From positions 1 to 43,111 of the IMG/VR virus record IMGVR_UViG_3300020414_000729: a stretch of 43,111 bases of DNA, one strand, 5' to 3'. The DNA is from a virus. Its lineage: Duplodnaviria; Caudoviricetes. Shown one piece after another: positions 15,690 to 24,289 of the stretch. The notes beneath the pieces are model-generated. The model had not been told where the DNA came from. It did not search any database and saw nothing but the letters and a program-made list of their open reading frames with translations. The first letter of the stretch is position 1; each line of letters begins with the position of its first letter. Both the position numbers and the translations under genes were made by a program.

Positions 15690-16739
15690 TTACTTTATTC
15701 TTCTAGATAACCATCTAAAACAAGCTTCCATCCAGTCATCAGCCTTACAGTGTTGTATTTCTATAAGTGCTTCTTCTTTCATACCTTTCTTAGAAAGATA
15801 CCAAGCATCTTGTATAGGGGCTGCGACCTCAGAGAAAAATGGGTCGTTAAACTCCAACTGCTCAAAAGGTTTTCTAGTAAAAAACATAATTAAGTCAAAT
15901 TCCCAATCACGGAAGCCTACGCTAACCATAGGATAGGGATTTACTTCGTCTAGTTTATACGGATTGTGATTAATTAATAGCTTTATTGTGTAATAATCAA
16001 AAGAATCTATCTGTAGTAGTTTTTCTCTCATAGGCTCGTACACGTTTAAATATGCATGATAATTATTACTTACCTGATAGTACTTACCTATTCGGATACC
16101 TGTTGCTGCAGCTACAAACTCATGCAGCATTGACATGTGCACTACGTTAGCTCCATATGCACCCCAGATAATATCGTTTGACCTATTTGATACTGTCATA
16201 TCGAGACGAGGACTGTAGCCGTCAATGTGTACAGTTTTAAAGTATATAGCCGTATTACAGGGTACGTCAGCTCCATCTCGCCCTAAATCGCCCACAGCGT
16301 CCCACATTTGTAGTACACAGCGTCTGTCATAAATGTCATTTCTAAGTCTATCGATGATAATTCTTATTTGATCTTTGCCAGCAAAATCTTTAAACGTGGG
16401 GTCTTTAAAATAACTACGCCATCTCCATCCATACGCTCCCCACAAAGTATCACCATCATCACTATACCTACTCATGCCTTTATTGTAATGTTCCATAGTG
16501 GCTAAGTCATTAAAACCAGCTAACATCCATAAACCTTCCATAAAATGGAAAAAGGGGTTAGCGTCTCTATCTGGGTCAAATAAAACTCTCTCACGAGGGT
16601 TAGCATAAACTGTAGTGACAGGGTCTTCTACAGTGATAACTTCACCGTTCCTAGTTTTTTCTACGTGACCGTGTGAGTCTAATAAGTCCATGCCTCTCAA
16701 AAAGGCATCGTTCACGTTTCTACATTTTAGTGTGTGCAT
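15690..16739 (-). CDS. Thymidylate synthase homologue, probable dUMP hydroxymethylase
   Basis: GAYGxR, RR, DVPCN (catalytic Cys), RSNDIIWG...N (dUMP-type Asn), HAY; adjacent to a 5-hmdU kinase. Confidence 0.85.
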   Translation of the reverse strand: MHTLKCRNVNDAFLRGMDLLDSHGHVEKTRNGEVITVEDPVTTVYANPRERVLFDPDRDANPFFHFMEGLWMLAGFNDLATMEHYNKGMSRYSDDGDTLWGAYGWRWRSYFKDPTFKDFAGKDQIRIIIDRLRNDIYDRRCVLQMWDAVGDLGRDGADVPCNTAIYFKTVHIDGYSPRLDMTVSNRSNDIIWGAYGANVVHMSMLHEFVAAATGIRIGKYYQVSNNYHAYLNVYEPMREKLLQIDSFDYYTIKLLINHNPYKLDEVNPYPMVSVGFRDWEFDLIMFFTRKPFEQLEFNDPFFSEVAAPIQDAWYLSKKGMKEEALIEIQHCKADDWMEACFRWLSRRIK

Positions 16740-17515
16740 TACTCTCCTACTCCTTCTTTATATGCTTTCTTCCAACCTATGATTACATCCTTACGAGGTA
16801 GTCCGTTCCAAGCAGTTTTAGTTTGTTTCTCTACTACCTTAACACATGTAGGGTGTAAGGAGTGTAGTCTTTCTGCACCTTCATTGTGTACATCAATAGT
16901 TCGCCACTCACTACAACCACCGTCAGCGTTAGATGATTTTTGACCTTGTGCGTAATAGAAACTTACCTTACATGCTTTACCTTTTCTCAGCAGTTGTAGG
17001 GCTATATCAAAATCTTCCATTACCCTAGTCCTACCCCACTCTATATCATCAGGAAACTCGTTTAAGTTATAAGCGAGTACCCTCATGTATCGAGTATTTT
17101 CTACAGATAAATCTTCTACCCTATTATTACCCTCCCTAGCACTTACACCCACGTGGGCATAACCTTGACTGAGCCACTCGTCTAATAAGCCAAACATAGC
17201 AGGATACTCATCAGACTCTAAGTATCGTAAGTGCCAGTCGGTAGGGCTTTTACGAATGTAAAAACGTAAATCATCATCTAGCATAACTATATGGGGGTCA
17301 TCGCTATGCTCTATAATATATTTTCGTTTAGCCCCTATGCCTATACAGTCCTCTGGGACTACCATTTTAGGTGTGTTAGGATATTTAGTATATAAGTGTT
17401 GCTCATCGTGGTCAATGACTAACGTCACGTCTCCATTAACTTGCATCCATTCGGGAAACCATTTTAGAGTTTCTTGATTAGTGGGTCTTCCACGAGTTGG
17501 TATATATATTTTCAT
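16739..17515 (-). CDS. GT-A fold glycosyltransferase (TET-associated / JGT / GREB1-like)
   Basis: IYIPTRGR, R..I, MLDDD, EDFD..LQ...G, GGC motifs. Confidence 0.8.
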   Translation of the reverse strand: MKIYIPTRGRPTNQETLKWFPEWMQVNGDVTLVIDHDEQHLYTKYPNTPKMVVPEDCIGIGAKRKYIIEHSDDPHIVMLDDDLRFYIRKSPTDWHLRYLESDEYPAMFGLLDEWLSQGYAHVGVSAREGNNRVEDLSVENTRYMRVLAYNLNEFPDDIEWGRTRVMEDFDIALQLLRKGKACKVSFYYAQGQKSSNADGGCSEWRTIDVHNEGAERLHSLHPTCVKVVEKQTKTAWNGLPRKDVIIGWKKAYKEGVGE

Positions 17516-18372
17516 AAGTATTGTGCCTCGTTAAAATTAGGGTATTTACTGTAGTTATATTTTGCTCTAGGTCTACCCTCGCCTAACCTAGTTCTCTCAT
17601 ATTTATCAAACTCACATAAACTATGCTCTATCTCTCTCATCTCTAGCTTTGGTACATGTGGCTCTAGATATTTATCTGCTATTTGTAAAAGCTCATACAT
17701 CTCTGCGTTCCAGTCATGTTTATTTGAGTCCCAAGTAAGCGTTCTTAAATTCATTCTATTTAGTCCACGCTTTGCTCCTGGACCTGGATTTGCCCAAGTA
17801 TATATATCACGAGCATTCCTTAATAAATGTGTGTGCCTTAAATCTGTGACAACTTCGTATGACATAAACCCACTAAATCCAGCGTAAGGAAGATAGTTTC
17901 TCCAAGTCTCTTCTAAACTACCAGAAACTATCTCTGGGTGGTTATTATATAAAGGTGTAAGTATTTTGTCTACTGTTTGTTCTATCTTAGTACCACCTAA
18001 AGTACCTGTCAACATATATGCACCTGTGTAAACTTTTTCTCCTCTATCCATTCTATCCTGCATTATGGCTTTTACCTTTTCTGGTTGCCAATCCTCAGGG
18101 AAACCTATCTCTTCTAGGGTGGATGGCCAATTTATTTGACGAGCCACGGACATTGAGAAAGCTAAATTAGGGTGGTCAAAGTAAGGCTCTCTCCAGTTTG
18201 TTCTTACCCATTCTGTGACTGTGTCTAGTTCTCTAAACACATTACAAAAACTATAAGTTTTTAATATCTTATCTTCTGTCCACGGTGGATGAAGACCGTT
18301 TTTTCTCCTTAAATATATTTGGTGTCTTTCATTTATGTAGTTAAAAAACCCTTCTACTTTATCTTGTACCAT
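17512..18372 (-). CDS. 5-hmdU DNA kinase (alpha-glutamyl/putrescinyl thymine pyrophosphorylase clade 1)
   Basis: ER..I, PPWT.D.IL..Y.FCNV.RE.D, F.SYEVV.D, GPGA.RGL, IEH.LCEFDKY.R. Confidence 0.88.
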   Translation of the reverse strand: MVQDKVEGFFNYINERHQIYLRRKNGLHPPWTEDKILKTYSFCNVFRELDTVTEWVRTNWREPYFDHPNLAFSMSVARQINWPSTLEEIGFPEDWQPEKVKAIMQDRMDRGEKVYTGAYMLTGTLGGTKIEQTVDKILTPLYNNHPEIVSGSLEETWRNYLPYAGFSGFMSYEVVTDLRHTHLLRNARDIYTWANPGPGAKRGLNRMNLRTLTWDSNKHDWNAEMYELLQIADKYLEPHVPKLEMREIEHSLCEFDKYERTRLGEGRPRAKYNYSKYPNFNEAQYL

Positions 18373-18821
18373 GATGGTGTACCTCGTTTAGTCCATTTCG
18401 CGAATACTTTTTCGCCTATATAATAGTTTCTATATGCCTCGACTGCATTCCCCTGAACTTTATATTGATCAGGCATGCATTGTGGATGTTCTTGTAGCCC
18501 TTTACTTTTTATCAAAGGGTTGGGCAGTGACATAATAACATCGTAAGATTTATGACATACGTTTTTATTATATCGCCACATAAATTCTTCATTGAGACAA
18601 ATTAACAAGTCCTTTAGCCATAGCCAATTATCTAGACTGGCTGCAGACCATATAGTACAAGGGTGTTTCATATGTACAGGTCTGTAAGGTGCTGTTTGAT
18701 CATGAATCCAAAAACTTGTACAAAGCATTTGAGCTGACTCTAAAATCATTTTAGACACATGTTTGTCACAGTGCATTTCTGCTGCAGTCTGTATATTATT
18801 GTCTAATTTAAAAATATTCAC
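18354..18821 (-). CDS. Pyrimidine-dimer DNA glycosylase (DenV-like family)
   Basis: MNIF.LD, HCDKHV.KMILE.AQML, HPCT.W, AYR.YY; GTG start. Confidence 0.8.
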   Translation of the reverse strand: MNIFKLDNNIQTAAEMHCDKHVSKMILESAQMLCTSFWIHDQTAPYRPVHMKHPCTIWSAASLDNWLWLKDLLICLNEEFMWRYNKNVCHKSYDVIMSLPNPLIKSKGLQEHPQCMPDQYKVQGNAVEAYRNYYIGEKVFAKWTKRGTPSWYKIK

Positions 18822-18866
18822 GTCGATATTTTACTTTACTTGTAAAGTTTAAGTATAGGGATCTTC

Positions 18867-20360
18867 CTAAAAAATAAACTGTTTTCTAGTTTTAGACCTC
18901 ACTATGTGTAGGTTTTCTTTAGTTCTAGTCACACCTACATAAAAGTTTCTACACTCGTTGTCAGGGTTTCTATATAATTCATCGTAAGACTTAGTAGCCA
19001 TATCAGATAATAAAACTACGTTGTCACACTCACCACCTTTAGAAGCATGTATAGTGCTAAGTTTTATCCTTGATGTATTTAAGTTTTCTTTTCTCCTCAA
19101 GCAAGATATTAGGTACTCTCTCTGAGTTATACCTATAAGGTCAAATGATTCATGCCATATACCGTCTACTAATAAACCATAGTCTCTTTTTAAATCTCCC
19201 ATACTCAAAACTGTATCGCCTAATAAACTTTTTAATGTTTTATACCCCTTCTTAACTCCCTTACCAGCCCTCATATACGAGTAGATTTTTCTTATACTGT
19301 CAGCTTCTATTTTCTGACCTTTCCTTAACCTTTCCCAATCTTTTATAGCATTGATTAAAGTATCAGACACAGGAGATTTACCTGCCCTCTGATAAAATCT
19401 ACCAGACTTTTTAAGGTAGTCCTCTACTTGATTCAGTAGATAATTATTTCTAGCTAAAAATAACCATTCACCTTCTGACACATCAATATGTTCAAAATCC
19501 ATATGTATATTTATTTGACCCTCTTCTTCTCTAGGCTCCCATACCTTTTCCTTTCTATTACCTATTCTTTTTACTATTCTTAATGCCACATCGTGTACTT
19601 TTCTAGGTACTCTGTATGATTGTTTTAAATAAATGTTATTACCTTTTAAATTTATAAAATGATTTACATCAGCACCTGCCCATTTATAAATGGCTTGATC
19701 ATCATCACCAGCTATGTACACATGCTTTACACCTTCTGCTAATTTTTCTACACACTTCCACTGTAAAGCTGATAAGTCTTGTGCTTCATCTATAATCAAT
19801 ACGTCTAAATTAGGTTTGGTGTCGTGAGTAAGAAACATCTCTAACATGTCTGTAAAATCGATTAAAAAGTTTTGGCTCTTATACTTAGAATAGTTTTTAC
19901 AAAACCAATTAAAATGCATCCATGTTATATCTAAATCGTTAGCGTTGTTCCATATTTCTTTATAGCCCATTGATTGATTACGAGCCATGTTTTCTAAGAA
20001 CAGCATTCTATCCCCCTTGCTTGATAGTGTCATTATATTTTCACCATCCCACGCAGAGTTTATTCTCTCACCTATAGTCCTACTAAACTCTCTAAGATTA
20101 CTCCTAGCTAATACATCGTTCTTAGTAAAACCTAACCAATGATAACAGAGTGAGTGTAGCGTCCTAAAATAACACAGCTCTTGGCTTGTGTATGAAAACT
20201 TACCCATAGCTCTTGCGAGTGCTTCGTTTGCAGCTTTTTTAGTAAATGCTAAGTAGCCAAGTTTTTCTGGTGGAGTACCTTTCTCAAAATACTCTTCTAC
20301 TTTGTTCAAAAGGTACGTTGTTTTTCCAGTTCCAGGTGGACCAAGAACCACGTTATACAT
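18867..20360 (-). CDS. UvrD/Rep-like SF1 helicase
   Basis: GPPGTGKT, DEAQD, GDDDQAIY, TIHASKGGE, YVGVTR. Confidence 0.93.
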   Translation of the reverse strand: MYNVVLGPPGTGKTTYLLNKVEEYFEKGTPPEKLGYLAFTKKAANEALARAMGKFSYTSQELCYFRTLHSLCYHWLGFTKNDVLARSNLREFSRTIGERINSAWDGENIMTLSSKGDRMLFLENMARNQSMGYKEIWNNANDLDITWMHFNWFCKNYSKYKSQNFLIDFTDMLEMFLTHDTKPNLDVLIIDEAQDLSALQWKCVEKLAEGVKHVYIAGDDDQAIYKWAGADVNHFINLKGNNIYLKQSYRVPRKVHDVALRIVKRIGNRKEKVWEPREEEGQINIHMDFEHIDVSEGEWLFLARNNYLLNQVEDYLKKSGRFYQRAGKSPVSDTLINAIKDWERLRKGQKIEADSIRKIYSYMRAGKGVKKGYKTLKSLLGDTVLSMGDLKRDYGLLVDGIWHESFDLIGITQREYLISCLRRKENLNTSRIKLSTIHASKGGECDNVVLLSDMATKSYDELYRNPDNECRNFYVGVTRTKENLHIVRSKTRKQFIF

Positions 20361-21874
20361 TATAAGTCTGACCCCTCAAAGTTAGTTGGCTCAAGCTCTA
20401 AGTTCTCTACTCCATATTCAAACTCAGGTATAGACCATACATTAACTCCCCTACCTTTTAAGTTTAAAAACTTGTGTTCAGCTTTCATGTCTCTTAGCTT
20501 AGATGCTATTCTGTTAGTATCCATTTCTGTGAACCTGTGTTTTAAAAGGTACTCTTTTAAATCTTTAATTCTAAAAAAGGTACGACTATCTTCTGTGAAA
20601 GGCTTACCTAAAAGTATCTCGTCTCTTGTATTAGCTTGTGCCATATCAGTACAAAAAGATTCGAGTAAATCCATAAACTGCCCCTCTACAGAAATATCAT
20701 CACTTACCTCTATAATCTCCATACCGTTGTCCATTAAGTTTTGTATAAGAGTCTGCCAAGCCCTGTCGTTCATACGCTGTGGCATTATATTTAAAATCTC
20801 CATACACACTCTTTGAAACTTTATTTGATTTTGAAGTTGTTCGGTGCTTAACTCTAATCTTTTATCATCAATAGATAAAAACCAGAGAGGTGGATTACTG
20901 TCTAACTTAGCTAAACTAGAGAATGTAGGAGCCGTGTTCCCGTTGCCGATGCCGTACTTACAGCTCCTACATTTACTTACATTACAGTAAGACTTGATTG
21001 GTTCATCTGAGCATTTATAGTTGTACTCTTTTTTTCTTAATGTACTTATTAAGGTTAAAACTTCTTGAGCAGGTAAAGGTGGTGTCACATATTTTCTGTT
21101 ATACTCTTCTATCTCAGTTTCCCAAGTTTCTGGTATAGCTTTCTTTAAATATACACCCACATTAAATAAACCATTATTTCTTGTGCCTTCTGGAAAACCT
21201 TGTTTAAGTAATACTTGTAGACAAGGTGGACCGTCTTTCATGTCATCTAATAGAGGTACTTCTAACTCTAGTAATTCTTCTAAACTTAACGACCTTTTTT
21301 CTATATGCTCTATAAAGCCGTCTATACTTAGTGCCTCGCCCTTAGTATCGAAAGCGTACCTAAGAGAGTTTTCGCCCTCGAAATAGGGCATATTTAGCCA
21401 TGAGCCTAAGTCTCCCCTATCTACTAATACCTCTCTTTGCTTAGGAAATATCTCTACACCACCATAACCTAGTCCTGCAGATATTTCTCTTAACTTATCT
21501 TGCATATCTCCTGCACTTACTCGCTCTCGAGTAAAACAGTATATGTGAGCTCCACCACTTTTACTTCTACACACTATAAGTGGTAAGCCAAATTCTTCTA
21601 TCTTTAATACTAATTTTTTTAAATCTAATGAGTATTGGTCAACGTCAATGGCACCCCACCGTACCATGTTTTCTTCGTCTATAGGTATAATACCTAGCCC
21701 TGATTTACCACTAAGGTGGTCGTCCCAATGATTTGTAGTAGCCCCTACAGTTTTAATAGTTTTTGCTTTACCTGATTTTTTCTGACCTGTAGTTGCTATG
21801 TCAACAGTAAAAGTACCATGAGCTCTGTTAGAGCCTCTGAATATTTCATTTAATTTATTTGAATAATTCTCCAA
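20360..21874 (-). CDS. AEP-type primase with PriCT domain
   Basis: IDVD, SKSGGAH, PPC, EGTRNNGLF; TTG start with GAGG RBS. Confidence 0.82.
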   Translation of the reverse strand: MENYSNKLNEIFRGSNRAHGTFTVDIATTGQKKSGKAKTIKTVGATTNHWDDHLSGKSGLGIIPIDEENMVRWGAIDVDQYSLDLKKLVLKIEEFGLPLIVCRSKSGGAHIYCFTRERVSAGDMQDKLREISAGLGYGGVEIFPKQREVLVDRGDLGSWLNMPYFEGENSLRYAFDTKGEALSIDGFIEHIEKRSLSLEELLELEVPLLDDMKDGPPCLQVLLKQGFPEGTRNNGLFNVGVYLKKAIPETWETEIEEYNRKYVTPPLPAQEVLTLISTLRKKEYNYKCSDEPIKSYCNVSKCRSCKYGIGNGNTAPTFSSLAKLDSNPPLWFLSIDDKRLELSTEQLQNQIKFQRVCMEILNIMPQRMNDRAWQTLIQNLMDNGMEIIEVSDDISVEGQFMDLLESFCTDMAQANTRDEILLGKPFTEDSRTFFRIKDLKEYLLKHRFTEMDTNRIASKLRDMKAEHKFLNLKGRGVNVWSIPEFEYGVENLELEPTNFEGSDL

Positions 21875-21892
21875 TCTATCCTCAAGTCTTAG

Positions 21893-21923
21893 TCTAGGGT
21901 AAGTACATATAACTTACCCTAGA
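21893..21923. promoter_or_regulatory. Perfect 12-bp hairpin between SSB and primase
   Basis: TCTAGGGTAAGT / ACTTACCCTAGA with 7-nt loop; no U-tract on the minus strand. Confidence 0.55.
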
Positions 21924-21942
21924 ACTGTAATTTAAAAAAGGA

Positions 21943-22758
21943 TTAGAAAGGAGCTTCGTCGTTAGAAGTAGCCATCACAACATTTTCACTACCAATAGTT
22001 TGTGAAAACTGTTTAGCTGCAAGATACATATCTGTTTCTTCTTCTGTGACTGGACCCACCATGTCTACATTCCAACCGAACCATGTACCACGATCATTTG
22101 ACTCCTGTACAGTAGTCAGTTTATATTTGTGGCTATAGGTAGGAGGAGTAAAAACACCACCGTCCGCTTTTTTCACTTTTAGACTAGCCATAACTGCGTT
22201 CCAAGTTCTTGATTTCTTTAACTGTGTTCCAGCCATAGGAATCATAACTTGTTGAAACGAGTCACCGTCTAGTACTAGGCAATAGTGAGTTGCTGATGTC
22301 TGGATATAGTTTCCATTATCGAGGACATCTCTACCATCCCTATCCTTTTTAGTTTGACGTAGTATTTCAGGGTCGAAGTGTTGCGTCACCAACCCTCCAC
22401 CTGTCTCACGTGGCTGCCACTCGAGAAACATACGTCTATAAGAAACTGGTAATACAAAACATCCAACATCTTCTCTAAAGATTTCTTTAGTGACTGTGTT
22501 GGTTATATCACCAGCTACTGCACCCTCAATATATTTACCATCCTTCTTATTTACTTCTGGGCTCATAGCTTGAAGTATTTTAAGACGAGGGATAGTAATA
22601 TCGTCAGAGGTCACATTTTCCAAACCTGACCCAGCATCTTCCTCAAATAATGAGGCAGTGGCTATAGCCGTGTTTGATTTTTTAGCTACTTCTTTTGATG
22701 GCTTAGATTCAGTAGGAGTAGCCTCTACGTCTTCTTTAACAGCTTCGTTAGTTGTCAT
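21943..22758 (-). CDS. ssb: Phage single-stranded DNA-binding protein
   Basis: IPRLKILQ.MSPE motif, acidic C-terminal DEAPF tail, replication context. Confidence 0.65.
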   Translation of the reverse strand: MTTNEAVKEDVEATPTESKPSKEVAKKSNTAIATASLFEEDAGSGLENVTSDDITIPRLKILQAMSPEVNKKDGKYIEGAVAGDITNTVTKEIFREDVGCFVLPVSYRRMFLEWQPRETGGGLVTQHFDPEILRQTKKDRDGRDVLDNGNYIQTSATHYCLVLDGDSFQQVMIPMAGTQLKKSRTWNAVMASLKVKKADGGVFTPPTYSHKYKLTTVQESNDRGTWFGWNVDMVGPVTEEETDMYLAAKQFSQTIGSENVVMATSNDEAPF

Positions 22759-23309
22759 TTTTTCACCTTTATTTTACGACCTACATATACGTTAAAGGTT
22801 TCTAAAGGGAGGTCGCTACCTTTTTCTACCTGCTCTTTAATGACAGCTTTGAGAGTCATAGGCTCTACCCATTTTTTCTGCATGAGTGAGTACCCTTCTT
22901 TCTCTAAGTTAGTCATAAGAGTTTTTGCACTCTCGTCTTCACCTCTACCGAAGTTAGCCGAGACAGTGTTCTTTATAATATCACCAAGACCATTTTCTTC
23001 AAGCCAATGAAAACATTGGTCTCTATTTTCCTCAGTGATACGACCAGAGTAAAACCTGTTTACTGAAATAGAAGTACCATCGCTAAGTTTAAATTCAGAC
23101 ATACCTACTTCTTCTAATTTAGAAGGTAAGTCCTCTTCACTTATTTGACGGTATTTATTTTTAAGATTGTTAAGAACATCTTGCTGTTCTTCTATTTGAG
23201 CTTCTAGGTCTTTCAGGTCTTTAGCTAAAGCAGAAATACTTTTTAAATCTTCAGACTTAATTTCTTTCTCCTCTGCATCTTTTTCCATTTGATCTAATAT
23301 ATTTGTCAT
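22755..23309 (-). CDS. Conserved phage replication-module protein
   Basis: Coiled-coil N-terminus; WL..NG.GDIIK and V.P.TLKA motifs. Confidence 0.75.
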   Translation of the reverse strand: MTNILDQMEKDAEEKEIKSEDLKSISALAKDLKDLEAQIEEQQDVLNNLKNKYRQISEEDLPSKLEEVGMSEFKLSDGTSISVNRFYSGRITEENRDQCFHWLEENGLGDIIKNTVSANFGRGEDESAKTLMTNLEKEGYSLMQKKWVEPMTLKAVIKEQVEKGSDLPLETFNVYVGRKIKVKK

Positions 23310-23350
23310 AATTTTTCCTTAGTTATCACTACTTTTGGTAGTGCGTCTCT

Positions 23351-23379
23351 ATTAAACTATTTTTGGTAATAAAAGTAAA
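23351..23379 (-). promoter_or_regulatory. Class-2-like promoter (TTTACT-N17-TTTAAT)
   Basis: Same -35 and spacing; followed by small hairpin CACTAC/GTAGTG at 23327-23343. Confidence 0.55.
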
Positions 23380-23394
23380 TAGGCTGTTGCGTAT

Positions 23395-23976
23395 TTAAAC
23401 GCCACTTCTAAATGTGAGGTTGATTCTCTCTCCACAACCTTTCATATCTAACACTGCGTGTGTACTTCTCATTTGAGATTTACCGTCAAATATAAAAACA
23501 TCTCCATCTTCCATTAAATAATGTGTCAAACTTTTTTTAGGAATATACTTAGTGTATATTTCACTAGTGTCTACTCTATCTTTTATGTTCTTTTCGTACT
23601 CTAGCCATTCAAATACTCTCGGTGCACCAAGAGACACGGACAAAACTATGTCATTTTTAGTAGGTACTGTATCAGAGTGGTGGGGTATGCCTTTACCTTC
23701 TGGTCCATAATACCCACACAAACAAAAATTAAATTTTACTTTTCTCTTTAACTTCTCACTTACTAAATATTCTGCGTTTAATTTTATAGCAGTCATAGGA
23801 GTGGTCCATGGCTCAGGCTCATATAGTTTACCAGCATAATTAAAAGGGCTATCACCAAATCCACGAGTTGGTCTACCTACTACCTTTTTACCTTTATACA
23901 TGCGAACTCTTGGCTCGTCCCAAGTAGTTATGCCACAATCAAAACCTGTAAATTCTCCTTTTATAAATTCCATCAT
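23395..23976 (-). CDS. AlkB-like 2OG-Fe(II) dioxygenase
   Basis: HSD, SLGA.R.F, distal H and RINLTFR signature. Confidence 0.88.
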   Translation of the reverse strand: MMEFIKGEFTGFDCGITTWDEPRVRMYKGKKVVGRPTRGFGDSPFNYAGKLYEPEPWTTPMTAIKLNAEYLVSEKLKRKVKFNFCLCGYYGPEGKGIPHHSDTVPTKNDIVLSVSLGAPRVFEWLEYEKNIKDRVDTSEIYTKYIPKKSLTHYLMEDGDVFIFDGKSQMRSTHAVLDMKGCGERINLTFRSGV

Positions 23977-23982
23977 AATAAG

Positions 23983-24058
23983 TGATGGTGTGTCTTGTCA
24001 AGTTTATTGTCTTAGGAGGATCATGGAAAATGACAAAACTTATACGGCACCACCATCA
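23983..24058 (-). ncRNA. Candidate hairpin RNA with anti-SD/anti-AUG loop
   Basis: Stems TGATGGTG/CACCATCA, AAGTTT/AAACTT, TGTC/GACA; minus-strand loop AUUUUCCAUGAUCCUCCUAA; just downstream of a promoter. Confidence 0.5.
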
Positions 24059-24061
24059 GTG

Positions 24062-24237
24062 CCTATTAGTACTATTTACTATTAGTAGTATAGGGAGATT
24101 TTATTTTTAGTAAAGGATAAATGTTAATTTTAGCTAATAGGTCAATATGTTCTTAGGTATATCCTTAAATAAATCAATTACTTAAGCTACCTATTAGCTG
24201 ATATATTATCACCCTATTAGCTAGATAGTGCTAATAA
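24062..24237. repeat. CCTATTAGCT repeat cluster (operator or origin candidate)
   Basis: Copies at 24190-24199 and 24213-24222, inverted copy at 24132-24141, partial copies at 24062, 24079 and 24230. Confidence 0.65.
24087..24114 (-). promoter_or_regulatory. Class-2 promoter (TTTACT-N16-TATACT) for the replication operon
   Basis: Hexamer match at the head of the leftward operon. Confidence 0.6.
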
Positions 24238-24251
24238 ATCACGAGCAATCA

Positions 24252-24280
24252 TTTACTTTCTGGTTAAGTATAAATATGCT
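24252..24280 (+). promoter_or_regulatory. Class-2 promoter (TTTACT-N17-TATGCT) for the SNF2 helicase
   Basis: Identical hexamers; ATG begins 9 nt after the -10 box. Confidence 0.7.
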
Positions 24281-24289
24281 ATCCCCTAT

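Noticed and set aside
15690-16739. dCMP hydroxymethylase (T4-like glucosyl-hmC pathway) or ordinary ThyA
   Set aside because: The specificity residue after RSND..G appears to be Asn (dUMP type) rather than Asp, and the adjacent 5-hmdU kinase argues for hmU; plain ThyA is disfavoured but not excluded.
18822-18866. Promoter between the helicase and glycosylase genes
   Set aside because: TTTACT on the plus strand and TATACT on the minus strand are present but do not pair with a proper partner hexamer at 17 nt; ambiguous.
23395-23976. TET/JBP thymine hydroxylase feeding the glycosyltransferase
   Set aside because: RINLTFR and SLGA.R.F are AlkB-type signatures, and hmU is already explained by the TS homologue.
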